Below are positions 9,548-17,138 of a stretch of 25,741 nucleotides of DNA, piece after piece (the first letter of the stretch is position 1; each line of letters starts with the position of its first letter). The position numbers and the translations under genes are program-made. Source of the stretch: a virus (taxonomy: Duplodnaviria > Caudoviricetes). Under the pieces are notes generated by a model that was not told where the DNA came from, made no database searches, and saw nothing but the letters and a program-made list of their open reading frames with translations. The stretch spans positions 1 to 25,741 of the IMG/VR virus record IMGVR_UViG_3300030376_004646; one strand, written 5' to 3'.

Positions 9548-10506
9548 ACTGTTATAAACTCTATGTTTTTACAAAAATAGTTAATGGTTTTTGATAATCC
9601 TTCTCTCAGCTCTATTTTGGGTTTCCAGTCGAGTTCAAATGACGCAAGACTAATATCAGGCTTTCTTCTTACAGGATCATCTTGTGGTATATCGCAATGC
9701 TCAATCTCGCTTTCTGTTTTTGTCAACGCAACGACAAGATCAGCGAGTTCAAGCATCGTAAATTCGTTAGGATTGCCCAAATTAACAGGGCTTTTGTTGT
9801 ATCTTGAGCGCATCAATTTCATTAGCGCTTCAATCAAATCATCGACATAACAGAAAGAGCGTGTTTGCTGTCCGTCTCCGTAGATTGTTATGTTTTCATT
9901 GTTGATTGCTTGTACGACAAAATTTGAAACAACGCGACCATCGTTTGCGTTCATGTTGGGCCCATAAGTGTTGAAAATTCTTGCGACACGAATATCGACA
10001 TTCTTCTCGCGTTGATAATCAAAGAAAAGCGTTTCTGCTGATCGCTTTCCTTCATCGTAACAGGCGCGTATTCCTGTTGGGTTGACATTGCCGTAATATT
10101 GTTCGACTTGTGGGTGCATCGTAGGGTCACCATAGACTTCGCTTGTCGATGCTTGCAGTACAGTTGCAGAGTTCTTTTGTGCAAGATCTAAGACGTTGAG
10201 AGCGCCTATGACACATGTTTTCAATGTCTTAATAGGGTCGCTCTGATAATGCACAGGACTCGCTGGGCAAGCTAAATTGTAGATCTCGTCAACATTCAAA
10301 TTTATTGCTTCTGCAACATCGTGTTCAACGAACTCAAATTGTTGCAAATGATTAATGTTTGCTATGTTTGTAGTTGATCCAGTTGAGAAGTCGTCTAAGC
10401 AAATAACGTAACTGTCATCATCGATGAGTGCTTTACATAGGTGGCTTCCTAAAAAGCCAGCACCGCCAGTTACAAGTACGCGTTTTTTGTCGAATTGATT
10501 TCTCAT
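9544..10506 (-). CDS. uxs: UDP-glucuronate decarboxylase (UDP-xylose synthase)
   Basis: VLVTGGAGFLGSHL, IYNLACPASPVHYQ, ASTSEVYG, CYDEGKR, RIFNTYGP, DGRVVSNF, QTRSFCYVDD, DDP..R.PDI are all signatures of the UXS subfamily of extended SDRs. Confidence 0.93.
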   Translation of the reverse strand: MRNQFDKKRVLVTGGAGFLGSHLCKALIDDDSYVICLDDFSTGSTTNIANINHLQQFEFVEHDVAEAINLNVDEIYNLACPASPVHYQSDPIKTLKTCVIGALNVLDLAQKNSATVLQASTSEVYGDPTMHPQVEQYYGNVNPTGIRACYDEGKRSAETLFFDYQREKNVDIRVARIFNTYGPNMNANDGRVVSNFVVQAINNENITIYGDGQQTRSFCYVDDLIEALMKLMRSRYNKSPVNLGNPNEFTMLELADLVVALTKTESEIEHCDIPQDDPVRRKPDISLASFELDWKPKIELREGLSKTINYFCKNIEFITV

Positions 10507-10526
10507 TGTTCCTTGTTTTAAAAGGA

Positions 10527-10572
10527 TGTAGAGAGCCGTGGAGGATCAACATGTAATAATTGGCTCTCTACA
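10527..10572 (-). promoter_or_regulatory. intergenic stem-loop (11-bp perfect stem, 24-nt loop)
   Basis: TGTAGAGAGCC (10527-10537) pairs with GGCTCTCTACA (10562-10572); followed by CCTTTT on the minus strand. Confidence 0.65.
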
Positions 10573-10588
10573 CCATTTGGGGGTTACT

Positions 10589-11200
10589 TCAAAACGGAAT
10601 TTCTTCTGTCTCTTGTTGCGAGATTGCAGAGCCATTTGTTTTGCTCTCATCAAGCGCTGTCTCTTCAAACGTATCTGTCGTTGCTTCAAATGAATCGTCA
10701 GCTCGCCAACCTTGAATTTCAAACTCAGGTATTCGAGAGTTGCCTTTGCCGTATGCGACTGCTTTTGATCCTTTGTATTCTACGACAGCAACTTTTCCTG
10801 CATTTTCAGCAATTTGAGGATGCAACGCTGTATATAAAGCAAGAAAGCCTTGCGAGACACCTTTCGATGTTGATGACCATGTTCTTACACCGAGATCTTT
10901 CGTGTAAAGATCGACAGAAAAGCCTCTTTTGTATTCGAGTTTTTGTTCTTCAGTGAGAAGGGTCCCGTCATTGCGCTGTGTCGGTAGCGATTTTCTTATT
11001 CCTACTTCATCGTCCCAGTGCCAATCAGGTGAAAATCCTTCACTGATCCAGCCCCAACCGCTTTTGATTGAGTTCGGATCAAGTAAAAATTTTTCAACTG
11101 TTACTTCATCGTCACCTGCTTTCCAGCCATTGACGCTTGGCATGTATCTTACATATTTTCGTCCGTCCATATTATCCTCTAGTCCTAGTAAATCACCCAT
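10589..11200 (-). CDS. putative single-stranded DNA-binding protein
   Basis: Aromatic beta-rich core, acidic tail ending EEIPF, strong AAGGAG RBS, location in the replication module. Confidence 0.65.
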   Translation of the reverse strand: MGDLLGLEDNMDGRKYVRYMPSVNGWKAGDDEVTVEKFLLDPNSIKSGWGWISEGFSPDWHWDDEVGIRKSLPTQRNDGTLLTEEQKLEYKRGFSVDLYTKDLGVRTWSSTSKGVSQGFLALYTALHPQIAENAGKVAVVEYKGSKAVAYGKGNSRIPEFEIQGWRADDSFEATTDTFEETALDESKTNGSAISQQETEEIPF

Positions 11201-11215
11201 AGTTTTTCTCCTTAA

Positions 11216-11299
11216 TTAGATGGTTATTATTAAAATGAAAACGACCGCAACTGTTATGAGCGCAATCAGTTTTTCAAAATCATTGTTGTTGTAATGCAT
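11216..11299 (-). CDS. small membrane peptide (27 aa)
   Basis: Hand translation MHYNNNDFEKLIALITVAVVFILIITI; fills the gap between the glycosyltransferase and the SSB-like gene. Confidence 0.4.
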   Translation of the reverse strand: MHYNNNDFEKLIALITVAVVFILIITI

Positions 11300-12137
11300 C
11301 AAATTCTCTTTGGCTTATTTCTGTTAGCTTCATTCCGTAATTATTTATTCCTTCTGGTATTTCAACTCCTTGTTTGCGTATGAGCTGATTGTTTCTAAAT
11401 GATGAGTAATCGACATGATGCTGATAACGACCAAACTTCCAGCTGACAGTGCAAACGTCAGGATGTTGATCGACAAGTGATTGCGCCATTTGCAATCGAC
11501 CATCGTCTGCATAAAGCTCGTCTGTGTTACCGCCTTTCATTTGCATGGTTCCTGTTTTGTAGCCTAGAAACGCATTGAATAAGATTGTGCAAAACCCATC
11601 TTTTAAGACACGCAAGCAAAGATCTGTGTCTTCGTTGTAACGTCCTCTCCAGCGATGTTGTAGATCGTTTCTTATCAATAGCATTGAATAAACGCGTGTA
11701 TTCAAATAATAAGGCGGTACAGCCGATGCCGCATTTGCAAAGAAGCCATAATTAAATCCTGAAATACCTACATTTTCATAACGCTCTGTAAAATCTTCTG
11801 CACATTTGAATATTGTTCCTGAAGCAACTCTGATCTTTGCATTGCGATTCAGTCTCAAAAAACTTGCAATGTTGTCGTCAAGAATCCAATGTCTTTCATA
11901 TCCTCTCTCTATCGAATCTTCCCAAACCCAGTTTCGAGCAGGGATACTGCCTTGTCCTAAATTACTGAAAGGAAGAACCTTAATCTTCTTCTCATCAATG
12001 TGTTCGTTGTACGCATCAAACTCTTGTTGCTCAATCACAATATGATAGGGAACATTCAATCGCTCTAATTCTTTTTGCGTAAGTCTTGAGTCTGCTCTTC
12101 CTTTAGAAATGATGTAGACAGGGTATTTAGGATTCAT
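11280..12137 (-). CDS. TAGT/GREB1-like GT-A glycosyltransferase (family linked to DNA base glycosylation)
   Basis: YPVYIISKGR, ARNWVW, HWILDDNI, NTRVYS, WRGRYNEDTDL, MKGGNT..LY, GRYQHHVDY. Start trimmed to MNPKY, which has a GAGG RBS. Confidence 0.8.
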   Translation of the reverse strand: MNPKYPVYIISKGRADSRLTQKELERLNVPYHIVIEQQEFDAYNEHIDEKKIKVLPFSNLGQGSIPARNWVWEDSIERGYERHWILDDNIASFLRLNRNAKIRVASGTIFKCAEDFTERYENVGISGFNYGFFANAASAVPPYYLNTRVYSMLLIRNDLQHRWRGRYNEDTDLCLRVLKDGFCTILFNAFLGYKTGTMQMKGGNTDELYADDGRLQMAQSLVDQHPDVCTVSWKFGRYQHHVDYSSFRNNQLIRKQGVEIPEGINNYGMKLTEISQREFDALQQQ

Positions 12138-12387
12138 CGATATACCTCTTGTACTTGTTTCTAAATTTAGGAAAAGCCGGATACCAAACACTTTTTGTCA
12201 AAGGTGTCAGGTTTTGTTCAATCAGATCTGCAAAATTTTTGTAATCTAATTCGTCTCTGAAACGAATAGTGATCTCTGCGTAAGGCTCAACTTGCAATTG
12301 CAAAAACTCAGGCATGTTTTGCCATTCGATTTCCCATGGCTCTTGCTCAAGTTCTTCAAGTAAAAACATTTGTTTCTCATCTTTCAT
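12127..12387 (-). CDS. small acidic protein overlapping the glycosyltransferase start
   Basis: EWQNMPEF...IRF...FADLIEQ.LT..TKSVWYP, a pattern I recall from genes adjacent to phage TAGT-like glycosyltransferases. Confidence 0.75.
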   Translation of the reverse strand: MKDEKQMFLLEELEQEPWEIEWQNMPEFLQLQVEPYAEITIRFRDELDYKNFADLIEQNLTPLTKSVWYPAFPKFRNKYKRYIDES

Positions 12388-12563
12388 CAATGAATCACTC
12401 GCTCATGAAATTCACCACACAATTGCTCGAAGCGTTCATTGATGTAATCGTCATACTCTAAATATTCTTTTTTGTTTGCAATGCTGAACTTGACGTATTC
12501 TTCGTGCATCCATTTAACGAAGTCCAAGAACTCTTCGAAGTTTCTGTTTTTTTTATCAGACAT
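12387..12563 (-). CDS. hypothetical protein (58 aa)
   Basis: Not in ORF track. MSDKKNRNFEEFLDFVKWMHEEY...ERVIH; overlaps both neighbours (TGATG coupling). Confidence 0.7.
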   Translation of the reverse strand: MSDKKNRNFEEFLDFVKWMHEEYVKFSIANKKEYLEYDDYINERFEQLCGEFHERVIH

Positions 12564-12990
12564 CGATGCGCGCCTTTAAATAAGACATCAGCAAGTTTAT
12601 AAATTGATCGAAGTGCATACGAGCAGGCGCTTCATTGAACTCGACATCGTAACTATCAGCAACAAAGTTAAACATCATCACAGGAAATTGAACTTGAATG
12701 TCTTGATAGTCGTACTTGTAAATCAGAATCGGTATTTGCTGTCTCTCTTCGCAAACATCGCAGACTTGATTCCACCATTCGTTGCGTGGTAAATCATTCG
12801 ATTGTTTCGCATAGCGCTTACATTCTATTTGTAAATTATCGATACCAATGAGATCTGCACCGCCATCTCTTGTTTGAGTCAGGTTGCGCTCAAGAGAGTA
12901 GGGCAGTCTGTAATTCTCAAGCTCTTGATTGATCATGTTCTTGATCGTATTCTCGAAAGCATGTCCTTTTACTCTACTAGCTCTCGACAC
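12556..12990 (-). CDS. Holliday junction resolvase (Hjc-like PD-(D/E)XK)
   Basis: SRVKGHAFE, GGADL, IECKRY, WWNQ motifs. Confidence 0.8.
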   Translation of the reverse strand: MSRASRVKGHAFENTIKNMINQELENYRLPYSLERNLTQTRDGGADLIGIDNLQIECKRYAKQSNDLPRNEWWNQVCDVCEERQQIPILIYKYDYQDIQVQFPVMMFNFVADSYDVEFNEAPARMHFDQFINLLMSYLKARIDV

Positions 12991-13135
12991 GTTCTTTCTC
13001 TTCTCTTAATGCTTTGCGCAACATGTTACTGATAAGATCTTTTATTTTCTGTTGCTTGAAATCCGCCAATGCGCGGACTTCTTGATGTAATTCTTCATCG
13101 ATCCACAGTGCTTTTTTTGATTCTTTTTCGCTCAT
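12977..13135 (-). CDS. ribbon-helix-helix DNA-binding protein (52 aa)
   Basis: Not in ORF track. MSEKESKKALWIDEELHQEVRALADFKQQKIKDLISNMLRKAL fits the Arc/CopG beta-alpha-alpha pattern; it is the first gene of the leftward operon. Confidence 0.7.
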   Translation of the reverse strand: MSEKESKKALWIDEELHQEVRALADFKQQKIKDLISNMLRKALREEKERVES

Positions 13136-13331
13136 TCTCTACAAGTCAATAAATTCAGTATCTAACAGACGTTAGTTAATAGTAATGTGTCAATATTAAA
13201 TATATATTTTTATATATTTCAATTTGAATATAGATGATGAATAGATGACAGAATGATAAATAATGATTGTTTACAGATAACAGTCGTGTATTATTATATA
13301 TATTAATAAATCAATTTAACGAGGAAAAAAC
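13136..13331. promoter_or_regulatory. AT-rich divergent promoter/control region
   Basis: Non-coding gap between divergent operons; TTTACA-N16-TATTAT on + from 13270; TTGACA on - at 13188-13193; short direct repeats. Confidence 0.6.
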
Positions 13332-13679
13332 ATGAACAATACAACAGAAATTAAAAAATCATTAGATTCAACTGCTAGAGAAGTTAGAAGAATGAGAAAC
13401 TCATGGCATAAAACTCTTAGAGACAACTATGTTACAAAAATCTTTGATGGACTTTATCTTTTCGAGAATGGTGACACAAAAAGATTGATCGAAAGAAATG
13501 ATCGATGCAGAGATTGGGATATCTATTGGACTGACGCAACACTGAAGTCATTGATCGTTGAACACAAGATCTTGACAGAGCAAAGCAGTGAACCAAATCC
13601 TGATCGCTATATGCACAACGAAAAAACATTGAGATCAGCAATAATAGAGTGTTATCGAGATTCAATAATTACATATTAA
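13332..13679 (+). CDS. hypothetical early protein (115 aa)
   Basis: ORF with GAGG RBS; first gene of the rightward unit. Confidence 0.8.
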   Translation: MNNTTEIKKSLDSTAREVRRMRNSWHKTLRDNYVTKIFDGLYLFENGDTKRLIERNDRCRDWDIYWTDATLKSLIVEHKILTEQSSEPNPDRYMHNEKTLRSAIIECYRDSIITY

Positions 13680-13708
13680 AAATAATTTCATTTATATAGG
13701 AGAACGAA

Positions 13709-13894
13709 ATGAAAAAAACAAAACACTTTAATGATTTAACTGAAGAAACGCAGTCAAAAGTCATGAGCTTATATTGTCAATTAGATGATCTTGAGACTAA
13801 CTCAAAAGAGTTTAAGCGTATAAGACGAGAGCTTGACAACATAAGAAAAGAAAACGGAATCACATACAAAGAAGCATGGATCGGTAGTATGTAA
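13709..13894 (+). CDS. hypothetical protein (61 aa)
   Basis: AGGAG RBS within the repeat. Confidence 0.8.
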   Translation: MKKTKHFNDLTEETQSKVMSLYCQLDDLETNSKEFKRIRRELDNIRKENGITYKEAWIGSM

Positions 13895-13917
13895 TTTCAT
13901 TTATATAGGAGAACGAA

Positions 13918-14160
13918 ATGAAACAAACATTCAAAGTTGATTGCAATGAAAATCAATATGGAAAATGTGAAGCAGATATTGTGACTTTAAAAGAGTTCAT
14001 TGAAGATGCTGAATCATGGGAATTAGAGCAAGGAAATCAATTCGGAGCATTTAAGCATGATGAATACACAGTTGAGAATCTAAAGAAAATGAAAACAGGG
14101 CAGACGATAACAACATATTCACCTCATGGTTGGGACACGAAAGTTACTCGAATCAAATAA
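13918..14160 (+). CDS. hypothetical protein (80 aa)
   Basis: AGGAG RBS within the repeat. Confidence 0.8.
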   Translation: MKQTFKVDCNENQYGKCEADIVTLKEFIEDAESWELEQGNQFGAFKHDEYTVENLKKMKTGQTITTYSPHGWDTKVTRIK

Positions 14161-14183
14161 TTTCATTTATATAGGAGAGAAAA

Positions 14184-14927
14184 ATGAAACGCAAAAAGCG
14201 TTCACAAACGCACGGGAAAATCGTCACACTCATTCGACTCAATAAACATGAGAGTGAACTGTCTTTAGCTGAGAGAAGAAAGCTATTAAAAAAACAACGC
14301 GCAGAGATTATTGACTATCTCGGTGTCGGTTCACACATGCACATGAAAAAGAAACATTACGTTGAGTTGCATCACAGTAACCCTTATAAAATGCCTGAGT
14401 TTGAGAAAGCGATCAGACACGCAATACGCAACAAAGCAGACATCGTTCTAAATCGTATCGGTACACGCATGAAGAATCTCAAGTTCATCGATCTCGTTTA
14501 TGACGCAAGTGAGAATCATTCAGTTAAGTTCTATGTGTGTTATCAAAGTGTGCGAGCGATTGACGCAAGCGTTTTAGTTGCGATCAGTAACGAGCATAGA
14601 GCAGAAGTGTCTCGCAACACGAAATACGCACTCGCAAAGCTCAAGCGCAAAGGAGTAAAGCTCGGATCAAAAGACATCAACAAGCTCACTGAACACGCAG
14701 TTAAATCGCACACAGACAAGCGCTTAGAGTTTGCTGTGAAGATGCGACCTGTCGTTGAAGAGATACAACAATACGGTGCAACAACGCTTTCAGAAATTGC
14801 TAAAGCGTTAAATATGCGCGAAATAGAGACTAGATATAATCCTGAGAAGTCCAGCTGGCACGCTTCAACAGTAAGTAATTTGCTAAAAAGCATCGAAGAA
14901 ATTAAAGAAAATAAAAAATTCTCTTGA
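14184..14927 (+). CDS. serine recombinase/resolvase-like protein, apparently catalytically degenerate
   Basis: PEFEKAI, EHRAEVSRNTKYALAKLKRKGVKLG (helix E) and C-terminal TLSEIAKALN...W..STV; the YxRVS motif reads LIRLN. Confidence 0.75.
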   Translation: MKRKKRSQTHGKIVTLIRLNKHESELSLAERRKLLKKQRAEIIDYLGVGSHMHMKKKHYVELHHSNPYKMPEFEKAIRHAIRNKADIVLNRIGTRMKNLKFIDLVYDASENHSVKFYVCYQSVRAIDASVLVAISNEHRAEVSRNTKYALAKLKRKGVKLGSKDINKLTEHAVKSHTDKRLEFAVKMRPVVEEIQQYGATTLSEIAKALNMREIETRYNPEKSSWHASTVSNLLKSIEEIKENKKFS

Positions 14928-14953
14928 CAGTAAATTTTAAAAAAAGATATATT
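14924..14953 (+). promoter_or_regulatory. possible sigma70 promoter
   Basis: TTGACA-N18-TATATT upstream of the ORF at 14989. Confidence 0.4.
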
Positions 14954-14988
14954 TCTTTCAGATAAATTTTGATAAATAAAAGTAAAGC

Positions 14989-15255
14989 ATGAAGAAAGAT
15001 AGAACAGAATCGATCAACGTTTATAGAGCCAACGGAATCAAAACCAGAAGATTTGAGCCTCGCTTAGTGAGACGAGAGGATGTCGAAGATTTGTTGACCA
15101 CGCTTTTATCAATGACAAAGCAACTGCAAACACAGCTCAACATCAAACAATGTGAATCGTGGCTCGTTACACACGCACAAAACATCATGACTGAAGGCAC
15201 ATACATGCACAAAGAATTGACTCTACAGCGAGACAAAATCGACAAATGCGTATGA
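14989..15255 (+). CDS. hypothetical protein (88 aa)
   Basis: ORF on the operon strand. Confidence 0.65.
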   Translation: MKKDRTESINVYRANGIKTRRFEPRLVRREDVEDLLTTLLSMTKQLQTQLNIKQCESWLVTHAQNIMTEGTYMHKELTLQRDKIDKCV

Positions 15256-15358
15256 ATTTTAAAAACACACGATTGAAAAACGTAAACAATAAAGCGTTTG
15301 ATAATTGTAACGTTACAAATACCAAGTTTCTGCAATCTGTTCTGATTGCGAAAAATCA

Positions 15359-15571
15359 ATGAAAACCAATAAACACAGCGAAAGCGAGGACATGAACAAA
15401 TATAGACATATGCATATAATATATAGACTGTATAGTTGTTCTGAAGCACTAAGACGCACTGTAAATTTTGTGCTTATCAATGCTTTAAGAATGAAACGTC
15501 TGTTATTCGTATTCTTGCAATCGCTCTTTGCTATAGGAGAGCAATATGAGAGCATTAGAACACCCGAATAA
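15359..15571 (+). CDS. hypothetical protein (70 aa), doubtful
   Basis: ATGA-coupled to a 36-aa ORF at 15252-15362; no clear RBS. Confidence 0.3.
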   Translation: MKTNKHSESEDMNKYRHMHIIYRLYSCSEALRRTVNFVLINALRMKRLLFVFLQSLFAIGEQYESIRTPE

Positions 15572-15788
15572 TTTTCATACGTTTATATTGTATGAATCAC
15601 AAAACGAGATTGGTGGAAACACCATCACTGTCAGAAAAGACAGCATAATCTCATATCGCGCTGAACGCTCAGATTCAGCCGCAACGATAACGACACCTGA
15701 AGGTACGTTCACTGTCACGATGTCGCCTTATGACATTCAAAAGATGATCACGAAGCACATCACATGGAGACAAACCAATGGTCGGTAA
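15546..15788 (+). CDS. hypothetical protein (80 aa)
   Basis: AGGAG RBS; overlaps the exonuclease start. Confidence 0.75.
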   Translation: MRALEHPNNFHTFILYESQNEIGGNTITVRKDSIISYRAERSDSAATITTPEGTFTVTMSPYDIQKMITKHITWRQTNGR

Positions 15789-16737
15789 AGTAACAGACGA
15801 TGGCTCTCTTTCTGCAAGTGGTGTTTCAGCGCTTCTTGGTAACAATCCTTACAAGTCAAAAACTGAATTGCTTGACGAGAAGATCAGAGCGCGAGCTGGT
15901 GAAAACACAAGACTAGACGAGCAACCATCTTTGATGAGAATGGGTGACGTTCTTGAAAACACTGTGCTTGATGAAGCGTGTCTCAGAATGGGTCTCGATA
16001 ATGTCAGATTGAATATTGATGAGCCACTAATACATGAGCGATTACCGATACAGGGAAGTCCTGATGGGATTGCAAGTGCTGGAGTCAATAACTCAATCGT
16101 AATAGGCACTGATTACGACAAATGCATATTTACGCCTGACAGTGACATTGTTCAACTCAAAGGCGATGGCATCTTAGAGTGTAAGTGTACGAGTGCATTT
16201 CCTGAAGATGTGCTTCCTGCATGGCGTGGCAAAGATCAACTGTTCGCAAACATGGAGTGTGCAAACATGACATGGGGCGCTGTTGTCGTACTCTATCAAA
16301 GCGTTTTCTTAAAGATATTTGTGTTTACGCGTGACGAAGATTGGGTCAAAAGATTCGAGCCAGCTGTGATTGATTTTGAGAGACGCATTGTTGAGCAAGA
16401 TTATTATGATCCTGAGAGTTCTGAAGATTGCGACATTTTATATCCTTACGATGTCGAAGAAACAGTCGAGCTTGAAGATGATCTTGAGCATCATTTTTCT
16501 GAGATCTTACATGCGAAGAGTCTAATCAAGAACGCTCAGCAATCAATCAAAGATCATGAAGCTGTGATCAAAGAACACATGCAAGAAAACAAACACGCAT
16601 TATGTGGCACACACAGAGCAACGTGGGGAAGTCGTACATATAAAGCACAAAAAGAGAAGATTGTTCCTGCAAAAGAAGCGTACACAATTCGATCTAAAAC
16701 ACTATCAATCAAAGAGGAAGATTATGGACTTGACTAA
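15778..16737 (+). CDS. YqaJ/lambda-exonuclease family protein
   Basis: SASGVSALLG.NPY, G..LE, GSPDG, LECK motifs. Confidence 0.88.
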   Translation: MVGKVTDDGSLSASGVSALLGNNPYKSKTELLDEKIRARAGENTRLDEQPSLMRMGDVLENTVLDEACLRMGLDNVRLNIDEPLIHERLPIQGSPDGIASAGVNNSIVIGTDYDKCIFTPDSDIVQLKGDGILECKCTSAFPEDVLPAWRGKDQLFANMECANMTWGAVVVLYQSVFLKIFVFTRDEDWVKRFEPAVIDFERRIVEQDYYDPESSEDCDILYPYDVEETVELEDDLEHHFSEILHAKSLIKNAQQSIKDHEAVIKEHMQENKHALCGTHRATWGSRTYKAQKEKIVPAKEAYTIRSKTLSIKEEDYGLD

Positions 16738-16975
16738 AAAATATGTCGGCAAAGTTGCATACAACAGACAAAAGAACATGAACGAAACATATGAAGCGAT
16801 CAAAGATTTTGCAGAAAAGACTGGACACACTCCAACGCGTGTTGAGCTTGCAAAGCACATGAAGATCGGACTAGGCGCAGTTGATAAGCGCTTACAGCAT
16901 TTGTTTAATCACTGTGAGTTTGTCGATAAAGACGAGAAGAACGGGCAAATAGTTCTTTATAGCGAAGATGTGTAG
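16724..16975 (+). CDS. LexA-N-like winged-HTH DNA-binding protein (83 aa)
   Basis: YEAIKDF...GHTPTRVELAKHM....VDKRLQHL; start trimmed to MDLTKK (GAGG RBS); no peptidase domain. Confidence 0.7.
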   Translation: MDLTKKYVGKVAYNRQKNMNETYEAIKDFAEKTGHTPTRVELAKHMKIGLGAVDKRLQHLFNHCEFVDKDEKNGQIVLYSEDV

Positions 16976-17138
16976 CAGTAAAGATAATGAGCCTTTTAAA
17001 GCATTTGTGAGTCGCATGTATTACAGAAACATATTAGAAAGAGCGCGACACAATGAAAAGCCTTATAAGAATCTATTTCGCTATTACAGAAAGAACTATC
17101 AATTCATACATGATCAATACAAAGAGAATAAATCATGA
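16968..17138 (+). CDS. hypothetical protein (56 aa)
   Basis: Not in ORF track. MCSSKDNEPFKAFVSRMYYRN...KENKS; ATGA-coupled to the integrase. Confidence 0.65.
   Translation: MCSSKDNEPFKAFVSRMYYRNILERARHNEKPYKNLFRYYRKNYQFIHDQYKENKS

Larger units (their letters stand above)
13683..14189 (+). repeat. three copies of a 32-bp stop-RBS-start direct repeat
   Basis: TAATTTCATTTATATAGGAGAACGAAATGAAA is identical at 13683 and 13892 and has 3 mismatches at 14158. Confidence 0.9.

Noticed and set aside
4705-10506. Host LPS/capsule cluster captured intact
   Set aside because: The genes are dispersed among phage replication genes, with no flippase, polymerase or membrane glycosyltransferase. A surface-glycan role is less favoured but not disproved.
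416-12792. Many plus-strand ORFs in the track overlapping the long minus-strand genes
   Set aside because: Antisense shadows with no recognisable motifs.
13683-14189. CRISPR array
   Set aside because: The intervals are about 180-235-bp ORFs, the repeats are RBS/start units, and no cas genes are present.
15021-15555. Minus-strand ORFs of 142 and 80 aa
   Set aside because: They oppose the operon direction and have atypical composition.
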